The notes: generated from the sequence alone by a model not told the origin. A stretch of DNA of 64,000 bases from an uncultured Oscillospiraceae bacterium (GCA_964369525.1 CAYJEW010000002.1:1815-65814), one strand, 5' to 3'. Shown: positions 45,702 to 56,995, counted from the first letter of the stretch. A program made the numbers and translations.

Positions 45702-48452
45702 TTGGCACTGTTTGATAAATTATTCGGAAGTTTTTCCGACAAAGAGATTAAGCGAATAAAGCCTATTACCGAGCAAATTTTAGCTATGGAAAGCGAATTT
45801 GCCAGTATGAGCGACGCAGAACTTCAGGGCATGACGCCGAAGTTTAAGCAGCGGCTTGAAAATGGCGAAAGCCTAGATGATATTATGCCGCAGGCGTTTG
45901 CGGTTTGCCGTGAAGCGGCAAGCCGTGTGCTTGAGATGAAGCATTTTCCCGTGCAGCTTATTGGCGGCGTAGTGCTGCACAAGGGCATGATTGCCGAGAT
46001 GAAAACCGGCGAGGGTAAAACGCTGATGGCAACGCTTGCGGTATACCTGAATGCGCTAAGTGGTAACGGAGTGCATGTGGTAACGGTGAACGACTATCTG
46101 GCAAAGCGCGATAGCGAGTGGATGGGCAAGCTGTACCGATATCTTGGCCTCTCGGTGGGGCTTATTGTGCATGGTATAGAGCCTGCACAGCGCCGCGAGC
46201 AATATGCGGCCGACATTACCTACGGCACAAACAACGAGTTTGGCTTTGACTACCTGCGCGACAATATGGTTGTGCAAAAAGACAATATGGTACAGCGTGG
46301 GCATGCGTATGCTATTGTGGACGAGGTGGACTCGATTTTGGTGGACGAGGCACGCACACCGCTTATTATTAGCGGCCAGGGCGACAAAAGCACCGACCTT
46401 TACAACCGGGCAGACTCGCTGGCAAAAACCCTAAAAGCAACGCTTGTAACCGAGCTGGACGACAAGGTAGACCACGACGAAGACGAGGACATTACAGGCG
46501 ACTATATTGTGAACGAAAAAACCCGCACGGTTACGCTGACCAAGCGTGGCATTGTGAAAGCTGAGAAGTTTTTTGGGCTGGAGAATTTGTCGGACGCAGA
46601 AAATATGGCAATTTCGCACCATGTGAACCAAGCGGTAAAAGCGCGCGGAGCTATGCGGCGGGATATCGACTATGTTGTGCGTGATGGCGAGGTTATTATT
46701 GTGGACGAGTTTACCGGGCGCCTTATGGTAGGGCGGCGGTATAACGAGGGCTTGCACCAGGCTATTGAGGCAAAAGAGGGCGTGAAGGTTGAGCGCGAAA
46801 GCAAGACGCTGGCCACCATTACCTTCCAAAACTTTTTCCGCATGTACAAAAAGCTATCCGGTATGACAGGCACTGCTAAAACCGAAGAGGATGAATTTAA
46901 CGAGATATACGGCCTGCAGGTGGTGGAAGTGCCCACCAACAAGCCGATGGTTCGCATTGACCGTGCCGATGCTGTGTATAAAACAGTAAACGGCAAGCAC
47001 GGTGCGGTTATAGAGCAGGTAAAAGAGTGTTACGAGAAGGGCCAACCGGTGCTTGTGGGTACAATTAGCATTGAAAAGAGCGAGCTGTTGTCGAAAATGC
47101 TAAAGAAGCAGGGCGTGAAGCACGAGGTGCTGAATGCGAAGCACCACGACAAAGAGGCGCAGATTGTGGCGCAGGCAGGCCGTAAAGGCGCTGTAACCAT
47201 TGCTACAAACATGGCAGGCCGTGGTACCGACATTGTGCTGGGCGGTAACGCCGAGTTTATGGCTAAAGAGGAGATGCGCAAGCGCAACTTTAGCGAAGAG
47301 CTATTGGTGGAAGCTACCGGCCATGCCGACACGAGCGATGAGGAGATACTGAATGCCCGCAAGGTGTATGCAGAGCTATATAGCGATAAAAAGCAGGTGA
47401 TTGATGCCGAGGCCGAAGAGGTGAAAAAGGCGGGCGGCCTGTTTATAATTGGTACCGAGCGTCACGAAAGCCGCCGTATAGATAACCAGCTGCGTGGGCG
47501 CGCCGGCCGCCAGGGAGACCCCGGCGAGAGCAGGTTTTTTCTGTCTTTGGAAGATGACCTGATGCGGCTGTTTGGCGGCGAGCGTGTGCAGGCAATGATG
47601 GACACGCTTGGCGTGGACGAAGATGTGCCGATTGAAAACAAGATGATTACCAGCACAATAGAAAACGCGCAACGCCGCATAGAGGGGCGCAACTTTGAAG
47701 CACGTAAAAATGTGCTTAGGTTTGACGATGTTATGAACAGCCAGCGCGAGATTATATATGGCCAGCGCCAGAAGGTACTCTCGGGCGAGGATGTGTCGGA
47801 AAATATTCGCACCATGATGCATGAGAGCATTGCAAGCAATGTGGCCACCTATTGCACAGGGCAAGAGCAGACCGAGTGGAACATTACCGGCTTGCGTGAC
47901 CATTACCTAGGCTGGCTTACCGCAGAGCAGGACTTTAGGTATACAGAGCAAGAGCTGGAAGGTATGCAGAGCGAGCAGCTGACAGAATTTTTGGTACAGC
48001 GTGCTGAAAAAATTTGCGATGACAAAGAGAAAAAGTATGGCGAAAAGATGATGCGCGAGCTTGAGCGTGTGGTACTTTTGCGCAATGTAGACACAAAGTG
48101 GATGGACCATATTGATGCGATGGACGAGTTGCGCCGTGGTATTTACCTGCGTGGCTACGCCCAGCGCGACCCTGTGGTAGAGTATCGGCTTGAGGGCTTT
48201 GATATGTTCGACGCCATGGTGGAGTCGATAAGAGAAGACGCAACCAAAATGCTGATAACCGTACAGATACGCAGTGGAGATGAGCCAAAGCGTACACAGG
48301 TGGCAAACCCCACAGGCGCCGTGGGAGCAGGCGCTACAGGCGATGTGAAAAAGCAACCGATACGCACAAAGGGGGCAAAGGTGGGTCCGAATGACCCATG
48401 CCCGTGCGGAAGCGGTAAAAAGCATAAAAAATGCTGTGGACGTGATGCGTAG
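45702..48452 (+). CDS. secA: preprotein translocase ATPase SecA
   Basis: Walker A is MKTGEGKT, the DEAD-like motif is [20 protein letters not shown], and the C-terminal zinc motif is [14 protein letters not shown]. The start codon is TTG. Confidence 0.95.
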   Translation: MALFDKLFGSFSDKEIKRIKPITEQILAMESEFASMSDAELQGMTPKFKQRLENGESLDDIMPQAFAVCREAASRVLEMKHFPVQLIGGVVLHKGMIAEMKTGEGKTLMATLAVYLNALSGNGVHVVTVNDYLAKRDSEWMGKLYRYLGLSVGLIVHGIEPAQRREQYAADITYGTNNEFGFDYLRDNMVVQKDNMVQRGHAYAIVDEVDSILVDEARTPLIISGQGDKSTDLYNRADSLAKTLKATLVTELDDKVDHDEDEDITGDYIVNEKTRTVTLTKRGIVKAEKFFGLENLSDAENMAISHHVNQAVKARGAMRRDIDYVVRDGEVIIVDEFTGRLMVGRRYNEGLHQAIEAKEGVKVERESKTLATITFQNFFRMYKKLSGMTGTAKTEEDEFNEIYGLQVVEVPTNKPMVRIDRADAVYKTVNGKHGAVIEQVKECYEKGQPVLVGTISIEKSELLSKMLKKQGVKHEVLNAKHHDKEAQIVAQAGRKGAVTIATNMAGRGTDIVLGGNAEFMAKEEMRKRNFSEELLVEATGHADTSDEEILNARKVYAELYSDKKQVIDAEAEEVKKAGGLFIIGTERHESRRIDNQLRGRAGRQGDPGESRFFLSLEDDLMRLFGGERVQAMMDTLGVDEDVPIENKMITSTIENAQRRIEGRNFEARKNVLRFDDVMNSQREIIYGQRQKVLSGEDVSENIRTMMHESIASNVATYCTGQEQTEWNITGLRDHYLGWLTAEQDFRYTEQELEGMQSEQLTEFLVQRAEKICDDKEKKYGEKMMRELERVVLLRNVDTKWMDHIDAMDELRRGIYLRGYAQRDPVVEYRLEGFDMFDAMVESIREDATKMLITVQIRSGDEPKRTQVANPTGAVGAGATGDVKKQPIRTKGAKVGPNDPCPCGSGKKHKKCCGRDA

Positions 48453-48571
48453 CGGCGCTCGGCGGAGCTTAGGGGTTGCCGCAGGGCAAGGCACGGCGTA
48501 CTGCGCTAAAATTGACCGCAATAGGCGGAACTGGATTTATATGATTTTGGCTAAGATAGGAGGCAGAGGCA

Positions 48572-49531
48572 ATGGCAGACAAGAGTTATCGTATAGGCAT
48601 CGACCTTGGAGGGACGAACATCAAGGTGGGAGTTATTGACGAGCAGGCTGTTTTGCTGGGTAAACTATCTGCCAAAACAAGGCCGTATGACCGCAGTTGG
48701 CAGGAGGTTGTGGCCGACATGGCAGGCCTTGTAACAACCCTGCTGGATGAACATGGCATACCGCTTAGCGCCTGCGAAAAGCTGGGGGTGGGTAGCCCCG
48801 GAATGATAGACCACAAAAGTGGCGTGGTGGTGTTTGCTGGGAATTTTAACTGGGAAGATGTGCCGCTGGTAGAGCAACTTCAGCGCCATTTTGAGCTACC
48901 GATACGGCTAGCCAACGATGCAAACTGCGCTGTGATGGGCGAGGCGGCGGCTGGCGCTGCTAAAGGCTGCAGTGATGTTGTGTTGCTTACGCTTGGTACA
49001 GGCGTTGGCGGCGGGGTTATTGCCGGTGGAGTGCTACAACAAGGCGGCGGCGCAGGCGGCATGGAGCTTGGCCACACACTGCTGGTGATGGACGGCGAGA
49101 GCTGTACCTGCGGGCGCAAAGGATGCATAGAGGCTTATGCGTCGGCCGATGCACTTGTGCGCAACACAAAGTATGCGGCAATGCAACATAGCAGCTCGAT
49201 GTTACATAAAATATTTACCGAAAACCCCGATAGCATAAGCGGTAAAACCCCGTTTGATGTGGCACGCGCAGGAGATGTGTGGGCACAGCAGGTGGTGGAC
49301 GATTATGTGCGATATCTTGGCGAGGGGATAATAAATTTTATAAATATTTGGCGGCCTGAAAAGGTGATTTTGGGTGGTGGAGTGTCGAACGAAGGGGCCC
49401 CACTGCTTAAAGCTGTGAACGAGTATGTGAGCACCAGAGTTTTTGCAGGCGAGCGCAGAGCGGCGCCAGAGATTGTGCGGGCAGAGCTGGGCAACGACGC
49501 AGGGCTTATAGGCGCTGCGGCGCTGGTGTGA
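48572..49531 (+). CDS. glcK: ROK-family glucokinase
   Basis: The N-terminus is IGIDLGGTNIKVG. The ROK signature and Zn motif (GHTLLVMDGESCTCGRKGCIE) are present. Confidence 0.85.
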   Translation: MADKSYRIGIDLGGTNIKVGVIDEQAVLLGKLSAKTRPYDRSWQEVVADMAGLVTTLLDEHGIPLSACEKLGVGSPGMIDHKSGVVVFAGNFNWEDVPLVEQLQRHFELPIRLANDANCAVMGEAAAGAAKGCSDVVLLTLGTGVGGGVIAGGVLQQGGGAGGMELGHTLLVMDGESCTCGRKGCIEAYASADALVRNTKYAAMQHSSSMLHKIFTENPDSISGKTPFDVARAGDVWAQQVVDDYVRYLGEGIINFINIWRPEKVILGGGVSNEGAPLLKAVNEYVSTRVFAGERRAAPEIVRAELGNDAGLIGAAALV

Positions 49532-49551
49532 TAAAAAGTGATTAAAAACGG

Positions 49552-49577
49552 GCGGCCCGGCAGTAGGGCCGCTTTGT
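49552..49577 (+). terminator. terminator after the glucokinase gene
   Basis: The stem is GCGGCCC / GGGCCGC, followed by TTTGTG. Confidence 0.5.
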
Positions 49578-49689
49578 GTATAGCAGGCGAAAAACATGGC
49601 ATACCGCAAAATTTATCTGTGGTGTGCAGGGCGCCCAGCAGGTGCTCGATTTGTAAAAAAAGCGCACAAGCGCAGTGGAGGGTTACGGG

Positions 49690-51066
49690 ATGAAGATGTG
49701 GGAGGGACGGTTTTCAAAGCAGTTAAACCAAGAGATAGATGATTTTAACTCGTCTATAGGGTTTGACTGGGTGATGTTTAGGCAGGACATTGCGGGCTCT
49801 ATTGCGCACGCAACCATGCTGGGCGAGTGCGGAATAATAAGCTTTAAAGATGCCATGCAGATTGTTACAGGGCTTACCGGTATTTTGACAGACATTGAAA
49901 ACGGCAAGCTGGAGATAGATTTTGGGGCGGAAGATATCCACATGTTTATAGAGCAGGAGCTTACTGCGCGTATTGGTGAGGCCGGTAAGCGCTTGCATAC
50001 CGCTCGCAGCCGAAACGACCAGGTGGCTACCGACCTGCGCATGTACCTAAGGCGCAAAACAGACGATGTGGCGGAGCAAATTATACAGTTAGCCAAAGCT
50101 TTAGTTGCGCAGGCAGAGCAGAACCTAGACACAGTGATGCCGGGGTATACCCACCTGCAGGTGGCACAGCCTGTTACGTTTGCGCATCATTTAATGGCGT
50201 ATGCGCAGATGCTACGGCGGGACGTGAGCCGCCTTTCGGACTGTAAACAGCGCATGAACTACAGCCCACTGGGCGCGGGCGCACTGGCAGGCACCACCTA
50301 CCCTATTGACCGCAGTATGACCTGCGACGCACTGGGGTTTATAGCGCCGTGCCACAACAGCATGGACGCTGTGTCGGACAGGGATTTTTGCGTAGAGCTG
50401 TGCGCCGCGCTAACGCTGGTGATGCAACATCTGTCTCGGCTGGCCGAAGAGGTGGTATTGTGGAGCTCGAGCGAGTTTAGGTTTATAGAGCTGGACGACG
50501 CATACGCCACCGGCTCGTCCATTATGCCGCAGAAGAAAAACCCCGACATTGCCGAGCTGGTGCGCGGAAAAACAGGCCGTGTGAACGGCAATTTAATGGC
50601 GCTGCTTACCATGATGAAAGGCCTGCCGCTTAGCTACAACAAAGACATGCAGGAAGACAAACCCATGGTTTTCGAGGCTGTGGAAACAACGCTGAACTGT
50701 CTTTCGGCAATGGCGCCGATGATACAAACCATGGCTGTGCGTGCCGATAACATGCGCGCGGCGGCGGCCAAAGGCTTTATAAATGCTACCGACTGTGCCG
50801 ATTACCTGGCAAAAAAAGGTATGCCGTTTAGGGACGCATACAAGGTGGTGGGACAGCTTGTGGCCTTGTGTATTGATAAGGGTACAACGCTGGAGAGCCT
50901 ACCGATAGAAGAGTATCGCAAGCTAAGCGATTTGTTTGAGCAGGATGTTTTTGAGGCGATAGACCTAAGCGCCTGTGTGAACATGCGGTGTAGCGAGGGC
51001 GGCCCTGCGCCGCAGGCGGTGAAAGAGCAGATAGATGAGTACAAAAACATTATGGGGATATTTTAG
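49690..51066 (+). CDS. argH: argininosuccinate lyase
   Basis: The N-terminus is MWEGRFSK. The fumarate-lyase signature is GSSIMPQKKNPD. GGAGGG lies 7 nt before the ATG at 49690. Confidence 0.92.
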   Translation: MKMWEGRFSKQLNQEIDDFNSSIGFDWVMFRQDIAGSIAHATMLGECGIISFKDAMQIVTGLTGILTDIENGKLEIDFGAEDIHMFIEQELTARIGEAGKRLHTARSRNDQVATDLRMYLRRKTDDVAEQIIQLAKALVAQAEQNLDTVMPGYTHLQVAQPVTFAHHLMAYAQMLRRDVSRLSDCKQRMNYSPLGAGALAGTTYPIDRSMTCDALGFIAPCHNSMDAVSDRDFCVELCAALTLVMQHLSRLAEEVVLWSSSEFRFIELDDAYATGSSIMPQKKNPDIAELVRGKTGRVNGNLMALLTMMKGLPLSYNKDMQEDKPMVFEAVETTLNCLSAMAPMIQTMAVRADNMRAAAAKGFINATDCADYLAKKGMPFRDAYKVVGQLVALCIDKGTTLESLPIEEYRKLSDLFEQDVFEAIDLSACVNMRCSEGGPAPQAVKEQIDEYKNIMGIF

Positions 51067-51207
51067 GCCGGCTGAGAAATATTTTGTATAGTTTGTTTGT
51101 GTGCCTCGCCGCATAGTATGTGGCAGAGCATATCAGAGCAAGCTTTGACGAGTGCGGTGGAAGGGCCGGCTTACCTTGGACAGCAAGGCTTAATAAAATT
51201 GTTGCAC

Positions 51208-51246
51208 AAAAAAACTGATGTGAAGTATTCTCACATCAGTTTTTTA
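51208..51246. terminator. bidirectional terminator (argH / GH13 gene, convergent)
   Basis: The structure is an A-run, then the stem ACTGATGTGA / TCACATCAGT, then T5. Confidence 0.85.
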
Positions 51247-51271
51247 TTTGTGTTTTTTGGGTTTTGCTGTT

Positions 51272-53179
51272 TTATGAAAGCTGGTACACGTTGGCCTCGT
51301 ATGGGCGAAGCACCGAGGTTGTGCCACCGTAGTTGCCGGCAACAAGTTTGTGCTCGGCTGTTAGCGGGCCGGGGCGGCGGATTTCGTCGCGGCAGAGGTT
51401 TATCTCCACATAGAATTTTTGGCCGCCCATGGTGCGAAAGTAGCAAAAAGAGTTTTTATCGTTTAAAAATACAGGCGAAAACTTGCCATATACCAAAACT
51501 TCATTCTCGGTGCGCAGTAGAATAAGCTTGCGGAAGAAGTTGAACACCGAGCTAGGCGTTTCTATCTGGTTTTTTGCGTTTATTTGAGGATAGTTTGGGT
51601 TTACGCCCAGCCACGGCTCTGCGGAGGAGAAACCTGCGTTTTGGGTGTCGTCCCACTGCATAGGGGTACGGGCATGGTCTCGGCTGCCCCATGTGGCAGA
51701 TTTGAAAGCAAATTCGCGATAGTCTGCGCCGTTTGAGGAAAGTTTTTCCAAAAGCTCCTCGTAGCGGCCAAGCGTTTCAACATCTCGAATTTCGTCTATG
51801 CTGGAAAACACTGTGTTGGTCATGCCAAGCTCTTGGCCTTGGTAGATGAACGGTGTGCCTTTAAGGGTGAACTGCAGTACCGCTAGCAGTTTTGATATGA
51901 TGGGCCGCATGGCGGGGCTGTTGCTAACCTTGCTGGGCATACGGGGGTTATCATGGTTTTCAAAAAACAGCGTGGGCCAGCAGCTATTGCCGTATTGTGT
52001 TTGCCATTTTATAAAGTATGGCTTTAGGTAGCGTAGGTCGTATTTATACTCAGCTTTGCGGGATTTGCCGGGGTTGTCGAGATGGTCGAAGGTGAAGACC
52101 ATGTCTAGCTCGCCGCGTTCTTCGGCTGTGAGCATACGGCTCATCTCAAGGCCCATACCGGGCGTCTCGCCAACGGTGAGGGCGCCGCTGTGGGCGCTGA
52201 AGGCCTGCTGGCGCATTTCTTTTAGGTAGTCGTGAAGTTTTGGCCCGTAGAAGTAATGCTCTATACCACGCAGGCCAATGGCGCCGCCAATGGTTTCGTT
52301 GCCGTCAGCAAGGCTATCTTTTGAGATTAGGTTAATGACGTCCATGCGAAAGCCGTCTACACCTTTGTTTAGCCACCAGCGGATAATGTCGTACACCTCG
52401 CCTCGCACGGCGGGGTTGTTCCAGTTAAGGTCCATCTGTTTTTTGCTAAAAAGGTGTAGCGCCCATTCGCTGTTTTGCGGGTAGTAGTTCCACGCAGGGC
52501 CTGAAAAAAAGCTTATCCAGTTGTTTGGCGGGGTATCTTCGCCGTGGCCATTGGCCCAGATGTAGTAGTCTTTTTCGGGACAGGTGGGGTCGGCCAGCGC
52601 TTTTTTGAACCATGCGTGTTCGTCGCTTGTGTGGTTTACCACAAGGTCCATCATCAGCTTGATGTCGTGCTTATGAAGCTCGGCAATCAAAGCGTTGAAG
52701 CTTTGCATATTGCCAAACTCTTTCATTATTTTTTTGTAGTTGCGGATGTCGTAGCCGCAGTCGTCGTTTGGGCTGTCGTATATAGGCGACAGCCACACCA
52801 TGTTTACCCCAAGGCGCTTGAGATATGGGATTTTTTGGCGTATGCCGGCAAGGTCACCAATGCCGTCGCCGTTAGAATCCATAAAACTGCGGGGGTAAAT
52901 TTGGTATACAACAGCCTGCTTCCACCATGCGCGGCGGATAGCCGGCGGAGGAGCAGGCGGGGTTTCGGGGTGTGTGGCAAGCAGGTTTACAATAGTTTCG
53001 GCAAGGCCGGGCGCCATTCTGCCAAGCAAGCGGTTAAGCATAGACAAGCGCAGCGAGCCCACAGCCGGATTATCCAGCAGTTTTGGGTTTTTGCGCATGC
53101 TGTAAAAAAGCATATCAAGAATGTCTTTGCCAACAGGGTGGCGGTATACTTCGCGCAGGGTGCTTCGCATTGTAAACAT
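51272..53179 (-). CDS. GH13 alpha-glucosidase / oligo-1,6-glucosidase-type enzyme with ~85-aa N-terminal extension
   Basis: The GH13 regions are QIYPRSFMDSNGDGIGD, DLVVNHTS, GFRMDVINLI, VGET and FENHDNPR. A GGGAGGA RBS supports the extended start at 53179. Confidence 0.88.
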   Translation of the reverse strand: MFTMRSTLREVYRHPVGKDILDMLFYSMRKNPKLLDNPAVGSLRLSMLNRLLGRMAPGLAETIVNLLATHPETPPAPPPAIRRAWWKQAVVYQIYPRSFMDSNGDGIGDLAGIRQKIPYLKRLGVNMVWLSPIYDSPNDDCGYDIRNYKKIMKEFGNMQSFNALIAELHKHDIKLMMDLVVNHTSDEHAWFKKALADPTCPEKDYYIWANGHGEDTPPNNWISFFSGPAWNYYPQNSEWALHLFSKKQMDLNWNNPAVRGEVYDIIRWWLNKGVDGFRMDVINLISKDSLADGNETIGGAIGLRGIEHYFYGPKLHDYLKEMRQQAFSAHSGALTVGETPGMGLEMSRMLTAEERGELDMVFTFDHLDNPGKSRKAEYKYDLRYLKPYFIKWQTQYGNSCWPTLFFENHDNPRMPSKVSNSPAMRPIISKLLAVLQFTLKGTPFIYQGQELGMTNTVFSSIDEIRDVETLGRYEELLEKLSSNGADYREFAFKSATWGSRDHARTPMQWDDTQNAGFSSAEPWLGVNPNYPQINAKNQIETPSSVFNFFRKLILLRTENEVLVYGKFSPVFLNDKNSFCYFRTMGGQKFYVEINLCRDEIRRPGPLTAEHKLVAGNYGGTTSVLRPYEANVYQLS

Positions 53180-53214
53180 AGCAGTGTCCTCCCTAGGGCG
53201 TGTAGATAAGGTGG

Positions 53215-54399
53215 CTATCTGCCTGATTGTGCTTGGCTGTGACGTTTTAGCAGGTTGCCTATGCGGGTTTCGTGGTTTAAAAGGCCCGCAATAGAGGTGT
53301 CGTGATTAAGGGTGGTAATTAGCAGTGAGATATATTTAGACATATCCACCTCGGCAAACCAAGGCTTTTTCTTTAGCTCGGGGTCAAGGTTTGTGAGGTT
53401 TGTGGAGAGCAGAAGGTCGAACAAGCCTTCTTTATGTGCCTGCTCAAATGCGCCAAGGCCCTCTGTGAACAGCGCAAAGGTGGCGGCTAGGAATACGCGG
53501 CGGGCTTTGCGTTTTTTAAGCTCGCGCGCAATGTCTAGCATAGATTCGCCTGTAGAGAGGATATCATCTGCAATAATAACGTCCATGCCCTCTACAGAGC
53601 TGCCGAGATATTCGTGGGCAACAATGGGGTTGCGCCCGTTTTCGATGCGGGTATAGTCGCGCCGTTTGTAGAACATACCAAGGTCCAGCCCCATCATGGA
53701 GGCAAAGAAGATGTTGCGTGGTGCAGCGCCTTCGTCGGGGGAGATAACCATGGTGTGGGTTTTGTCTATCTCCATATCGGGAAAGGCCTTTAAAAGAGCC
53801 TTTAGCATTTGGTAGTTGGGGGGTATGTTGTCGAAGTTTGCGATAGGTGCCGAGTTTGCCACGCGCGGGTCGTGCGCGTCGAATGTGAGGATATTGTTTA
53901 CACCTAGGTTGTAAAGCTCTTGCAGTGCAATGGCGCAGTCTAGGCTTTCGCGGCCTGTTTTGCGGTGCTGGCGGCCTTCGTAAAGGAAAGGCATAACCAC
54001 CGTAATGCGGTGGGGTTTGCGGCCGGCGGCGGCAATAAGGCGCTTAAGGTCTGCAAAATGGTCGTCTGGGCTCATGGGGCACTGCGTGTTATACATAGGG
54101 AATGTTACACGATAGTTTGTAACATCGCACAGAATATATAAATCGTATCCACGCACGCTATGGCGTATCATGCCTTTGCCCTCGCCGGTGCCAAAGCGGG
54201 GGCATTGTGCGTCGATTAAAAATGTGTTTTTGTCGTAGCCCGGAAATGTAAGCAGACGCTCGCTCTCAGGGTCGGTAGTCCATTTAAGCAGATAATCGTT
54301 TACCTGATTGCCAAGTGTTTCGCAGCCGCGCATAGACAGTAGCGCAAGCGGGCGTATGGGCTGGCCACCGTGGTTTTGAACCTGTTCTAAGTTATGCAT
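53215..54399 (-). CDS. prs: ribose-phosphate diphosphokinase (long form)
   Basis: The motifs TFDAHDPRV, ISPDEGAAPR and the PRPP-binding loop IIADDILSTGESM are present. The protein is 394 aa. Confidence 0.8.
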   Translation of the reverse strand: MHNLEQVQNHGGQPIRPLALLSMRGCETLGNQVNDYLLKWTTDPESERLLTFPGYDKNTFLIDAQCPRFGTGEGKGMIRHSVRGYDLYILCDVTNYRVTFPMYNTQCPMSPDDHFADLKRLIAAAGRKPHRITVVMPFLYEGRQHRKTGRESLDCAIALQELYNLGVNNILTFDAHDPRVANSAPIANFDNIPPNYQMLKALLKAFPDMEIDKTHTMVISPDEGAAPRNIFFASMMGLDLGMFYKRRDYTRIENGRNPIVAHEYLGSSVEGMDVIIADDILSTGESMLDIARELKKRKARRVFLAATFALFTEGLGAFEQAHKEGLFDLLLSTNLTNLDPELKKKPWFAEVDMSKYISLLITTLNHDTSIAGLLNHETRIGNLLKRHSQAQSGR

Positions 54400-54530
54400 T
54401 AAAGTAACTTCTCCCCTAGGAAATGGTTTTTTTGGTCTTTACAAATTTAGTATAGCAAATTTTACTTTAGTATGGCAAACAATAATATATAATTTTGAAA
54501 ACAAAATGTGAAGAGCGGGGGGTTATATGT

Positions 54531-54564
54531 AAAAAGCGCACTCCTTTTTTGGGAGAGCGCTTTT
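54531..54564. terminator. terminator downstream of yeiH
   Basis: The stem is AGCGCACTCC / GGAGAGCGCT with one mismatch. It is flanked by A5 and T4. Confidence 0.65.
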
Positions 54565-54591
54565 GCAAGTAGTATGTACAGCATATAAGTT

Positions 54592-55746
54592 TTACACTAT
54601 GCCCATGCACCATTCCACCAAAATGGCAACAATAACCACCAGAGCAGATATGATAAACCCATGTAGCATGGGGGCAAAGCCTGCGCTTTTCATGTCTTTT
54701 AAACTTGTGTTTAACCCTATGGCCGCAAGCGCTGCCACCATTAAAAACTTGCTTACCTCTTTAGATGCAAGCGACATTGCAGGGGGGATAACCCCAAAAC
54801 TATTTAAAACAGCCAGCGCAACAAAGCCTAAAATAAACCATGGGAATATGGATAAAAAATTCACTCGGCTTATGGCGCTTTGGCTGTCTTGCGCTGTGTG
54901 CTCGGCAGTGATTTCGGTTGCTGTGGTAGCGGTGCCACTCTGCGCAAAATCGCCTATTTTGTCGGTTTGGCTAAGCTCGTATTTCACGGCGTTTTTATTT
55001 ATTTTGGAAAGCGTTTTTGTATAGTTAATATGTTCTTTTTGTTTTATGCGGATGTTGACAAGTGCAAACACAATTACGGTGGGCAGAATGGTGAGCGTGC
55101 GGGTGAGCTTTACCATGGTGGCAAAGTCGCCTGCGGCTTCGCTGTAGGCATAGCCTGCCGCTACAACGCTGGAGGTGTCGTTCACGGCGGTGCCTGCCCA
55201 CAGGCCGTAGGCCATATCGCTAAGGCCAAGCAGATGGCCCATAACAGGGAAGGCCAAAATCATAAGCATGTCAAAAATAAATGTGGCAGACATGGCATAG
55301 GCAATTTCTTTATCCTCGGCATCTATTACAGGGGCAATGGCAGCAATGGCCGAGCCGCCGCAGATTCCTGTGCCTGCCGAGATGAGATTGGACAGCCGCC
55401 AGTTAAGCCCCAGCGCACGGCCTATAAAGTATCCGCCGCCAAAGCAGGTTAGCAGTGTGAACACCATAACCGCAAGCGACAGACTGCCAACCGAAAGAAT
55501 GGTTTGAATACTTAAAGATGCGCCAAGCAGTATGATGGCAAATTTTAGTATCTTTTTGGAGGTGAAGCGTAGGCCGTCTTTTAACGGGGAGGTATTTACA
55601 AAGCTGTTTATTAAGATGCCGATAAACAGCGCAATTACCGAGGCACCTATAAGGTGTATTGGCAGTATGCTTTCTATAAATCGGGCAAGTAAAGCTATGG
55701 CTAGCGCCGCCGCCACGCCCGGAAGTATCTTTATAACTTTTTTCAT
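54592..55746 (-). CDS. yeiH: YeiH/UPF0324 family putative sulfate-exporter-type membrane protein
   Basis: It is a polytopic protein with motifs such as KFAIILLGASL and SAGTGICGGSAIAA. It lies divergent from a LysR gene, as in the classical yeiE-yeiH arrangement. Confidence 0.75.
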   Translation of the reverse strand: MKKVIKILPGVAAALAIALLARFIESILPIHLIGASVIALFIGILINSFVNTSPLKDGLRFTSKKILKFAIILLGASLSIQTILSVGSLSLAVMVFTLLTCFGGGYFIGRALGLNWRLSNLISAGTGICGGSAIAAIAPVIDAEDKEIAYAMSATFIFDMLMILAFPVMGHLLGLSDMAYGLWAGTAVNDTSSVVAAGYAYSEAAGDFATMVKLTRTLTILPTVIVFALVNIRIKQKEHINYTKTLSKINKNAVKYELSQTDKIGDFAQSGTATTATEITAEHTAQDSQSAISRVNFLSIFPWFILGFVALAVLNSFGVIPPAMSLASKEVSKFLMVAALAAIGLNTSLKDMKSAGFAPMLHGFIISALVVIVAILVEWCMGIV

Positions 55747-55885
55747 GATAGGAAGTACCTCGCAGTGTAGTGTATGTGCATATTAGGCATTTGCAGTTTG
55801 ATTATAATTCAAATCGATGATAAAATAAAATAATCATTTATTATTAATTGATAAAATTTATTTATTAATTTAAAGAGGTAGAATT

Positions 55886-56746
55886 ATGGTGGACAACAGG
55901 CTGTATACATTTTTAGAGTTGTGCGATGAGATGAATTACCGCAGAACGGCCGAAAAGCTGAACATGACACAGCCTGCGGTAACACAGCATATAAAGTATT
56001 TAGAGGGATATTATGGCTGCAAGCTGTTTGAATATTCAAACAGAAAGCTATATAAAACAGAGCAGTGCACAAAGCTGGAGCGACGCATGCGAGAGGTGGT
56101 GGCGCACAGCCTTTTGGCAAAGCAGGACCTGCAGCCAAAAACCAGAACAAAGGTAAGCATAGGTGCAACAAAAACAATAGGCGAATATATGATAGAGGGT
56201 GCGGTGCTGAAGCTTTTGGCTAGCGGTGAGTATGATGTAAACATTATAATAGACAACACCGAAAACCTGCTAAGCCGTCTAAACCATTTTGAGCTTGACC
56301 TGTTGATGATAGAAGGGTTTGTAGACAAAGAGCGGTATGAACACAGGTATATTTCCACCGAGCAGATTGTAGGTATATGCGCAGAGGGGCACCCCTTTGC
56401 GGGCAAAGAGGTACCCCGGGAAGAGGTATTTGCCGAGAATGTTATTCTGCGGGAGAAGGGCTCTGGCACAAGGGCTGTGTTTGAAAATTTTTTATTTGGC
56501 AGGGGTTTTTCGGTGGGGGCAATTGGTAAGCATTCGGTGGTAAGCAGCAACAAATTGATAGAGGCTGCTGTGCAAAGTGGTTGTGCGGTTTCGTTTGTGT
56601 ATGATGTAATCCCGAAGAAAAATAAAAAGCTAGCCACATTTAAAATAAAGGGCGGAAACATTTATAATGAGTTTAATTATGTTTTTTTAAGTAGCGCTGC
56701 TGCCGAAAGGACGATAGAAATTTTGGATAAGGCGGCGGAAGCTTAG
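55886..56746 (+). CDS. LysR-family transcriptional regulator
   Basis: The N-terminal HTH reads FLELCDEMNYRRTAEKLNMTQPAVTQHIKYLE, and a periplasmic-binding-like effector domain follows. Confidence 0.88.
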   Translation: MVDNRLYTFLELCDEMNYRRTAEKLNMTQPAVTQHIKYLEGYYGCKLFEYSNRKLYKTEQCTKLERRMREVVAHSLLAKQDLQPKTRTKVSIGATKTIGEYMIEGAVLKLLASGEYDVNIIIDNTENLLSRLNHFELDLLMIEGFVDKERYEHRYISTEQIVGICAEGHPFAGKEVPREEVFAENVILREKGSGTRAVFENFLFGRGFSVGAIGKHSVVSSNKLIEAAVQSGCAVSFVYDVIPKKNKKLATFKIKGGNIYNEFNYVFLSSAAAERTIEILDKAAEA

Positions 56747-56995
56747 AGCGCAAAGCCGTTTTGCACTGGTTGGTTGGCAAAAAAGAGCCTCCTCACTTTT
56801 AATAGGGTAGGTACAGCAGCTGCAAATATTTTTGCCACAATAGCATTTAGTAAAATATATCACCTTGTGAAGTGAATACAAAAGTTAGTGGGTTTTATTG
56901 GTGGTTTGCAAGGAAAAGCTTGCGTGGTATGGATATAGCCTTGATTATGCATGTGAAATATGCGGATATACAAATACAAAAAAATGAAAAGAAGC

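Noticed and set aside
51097-51525. A 142-aa plus-strand ORF lies after argH.
   Set aside because: It crosses the bidirectional terminator at 51208..51246 and then runs antisense to the GH13 gene 3' end.
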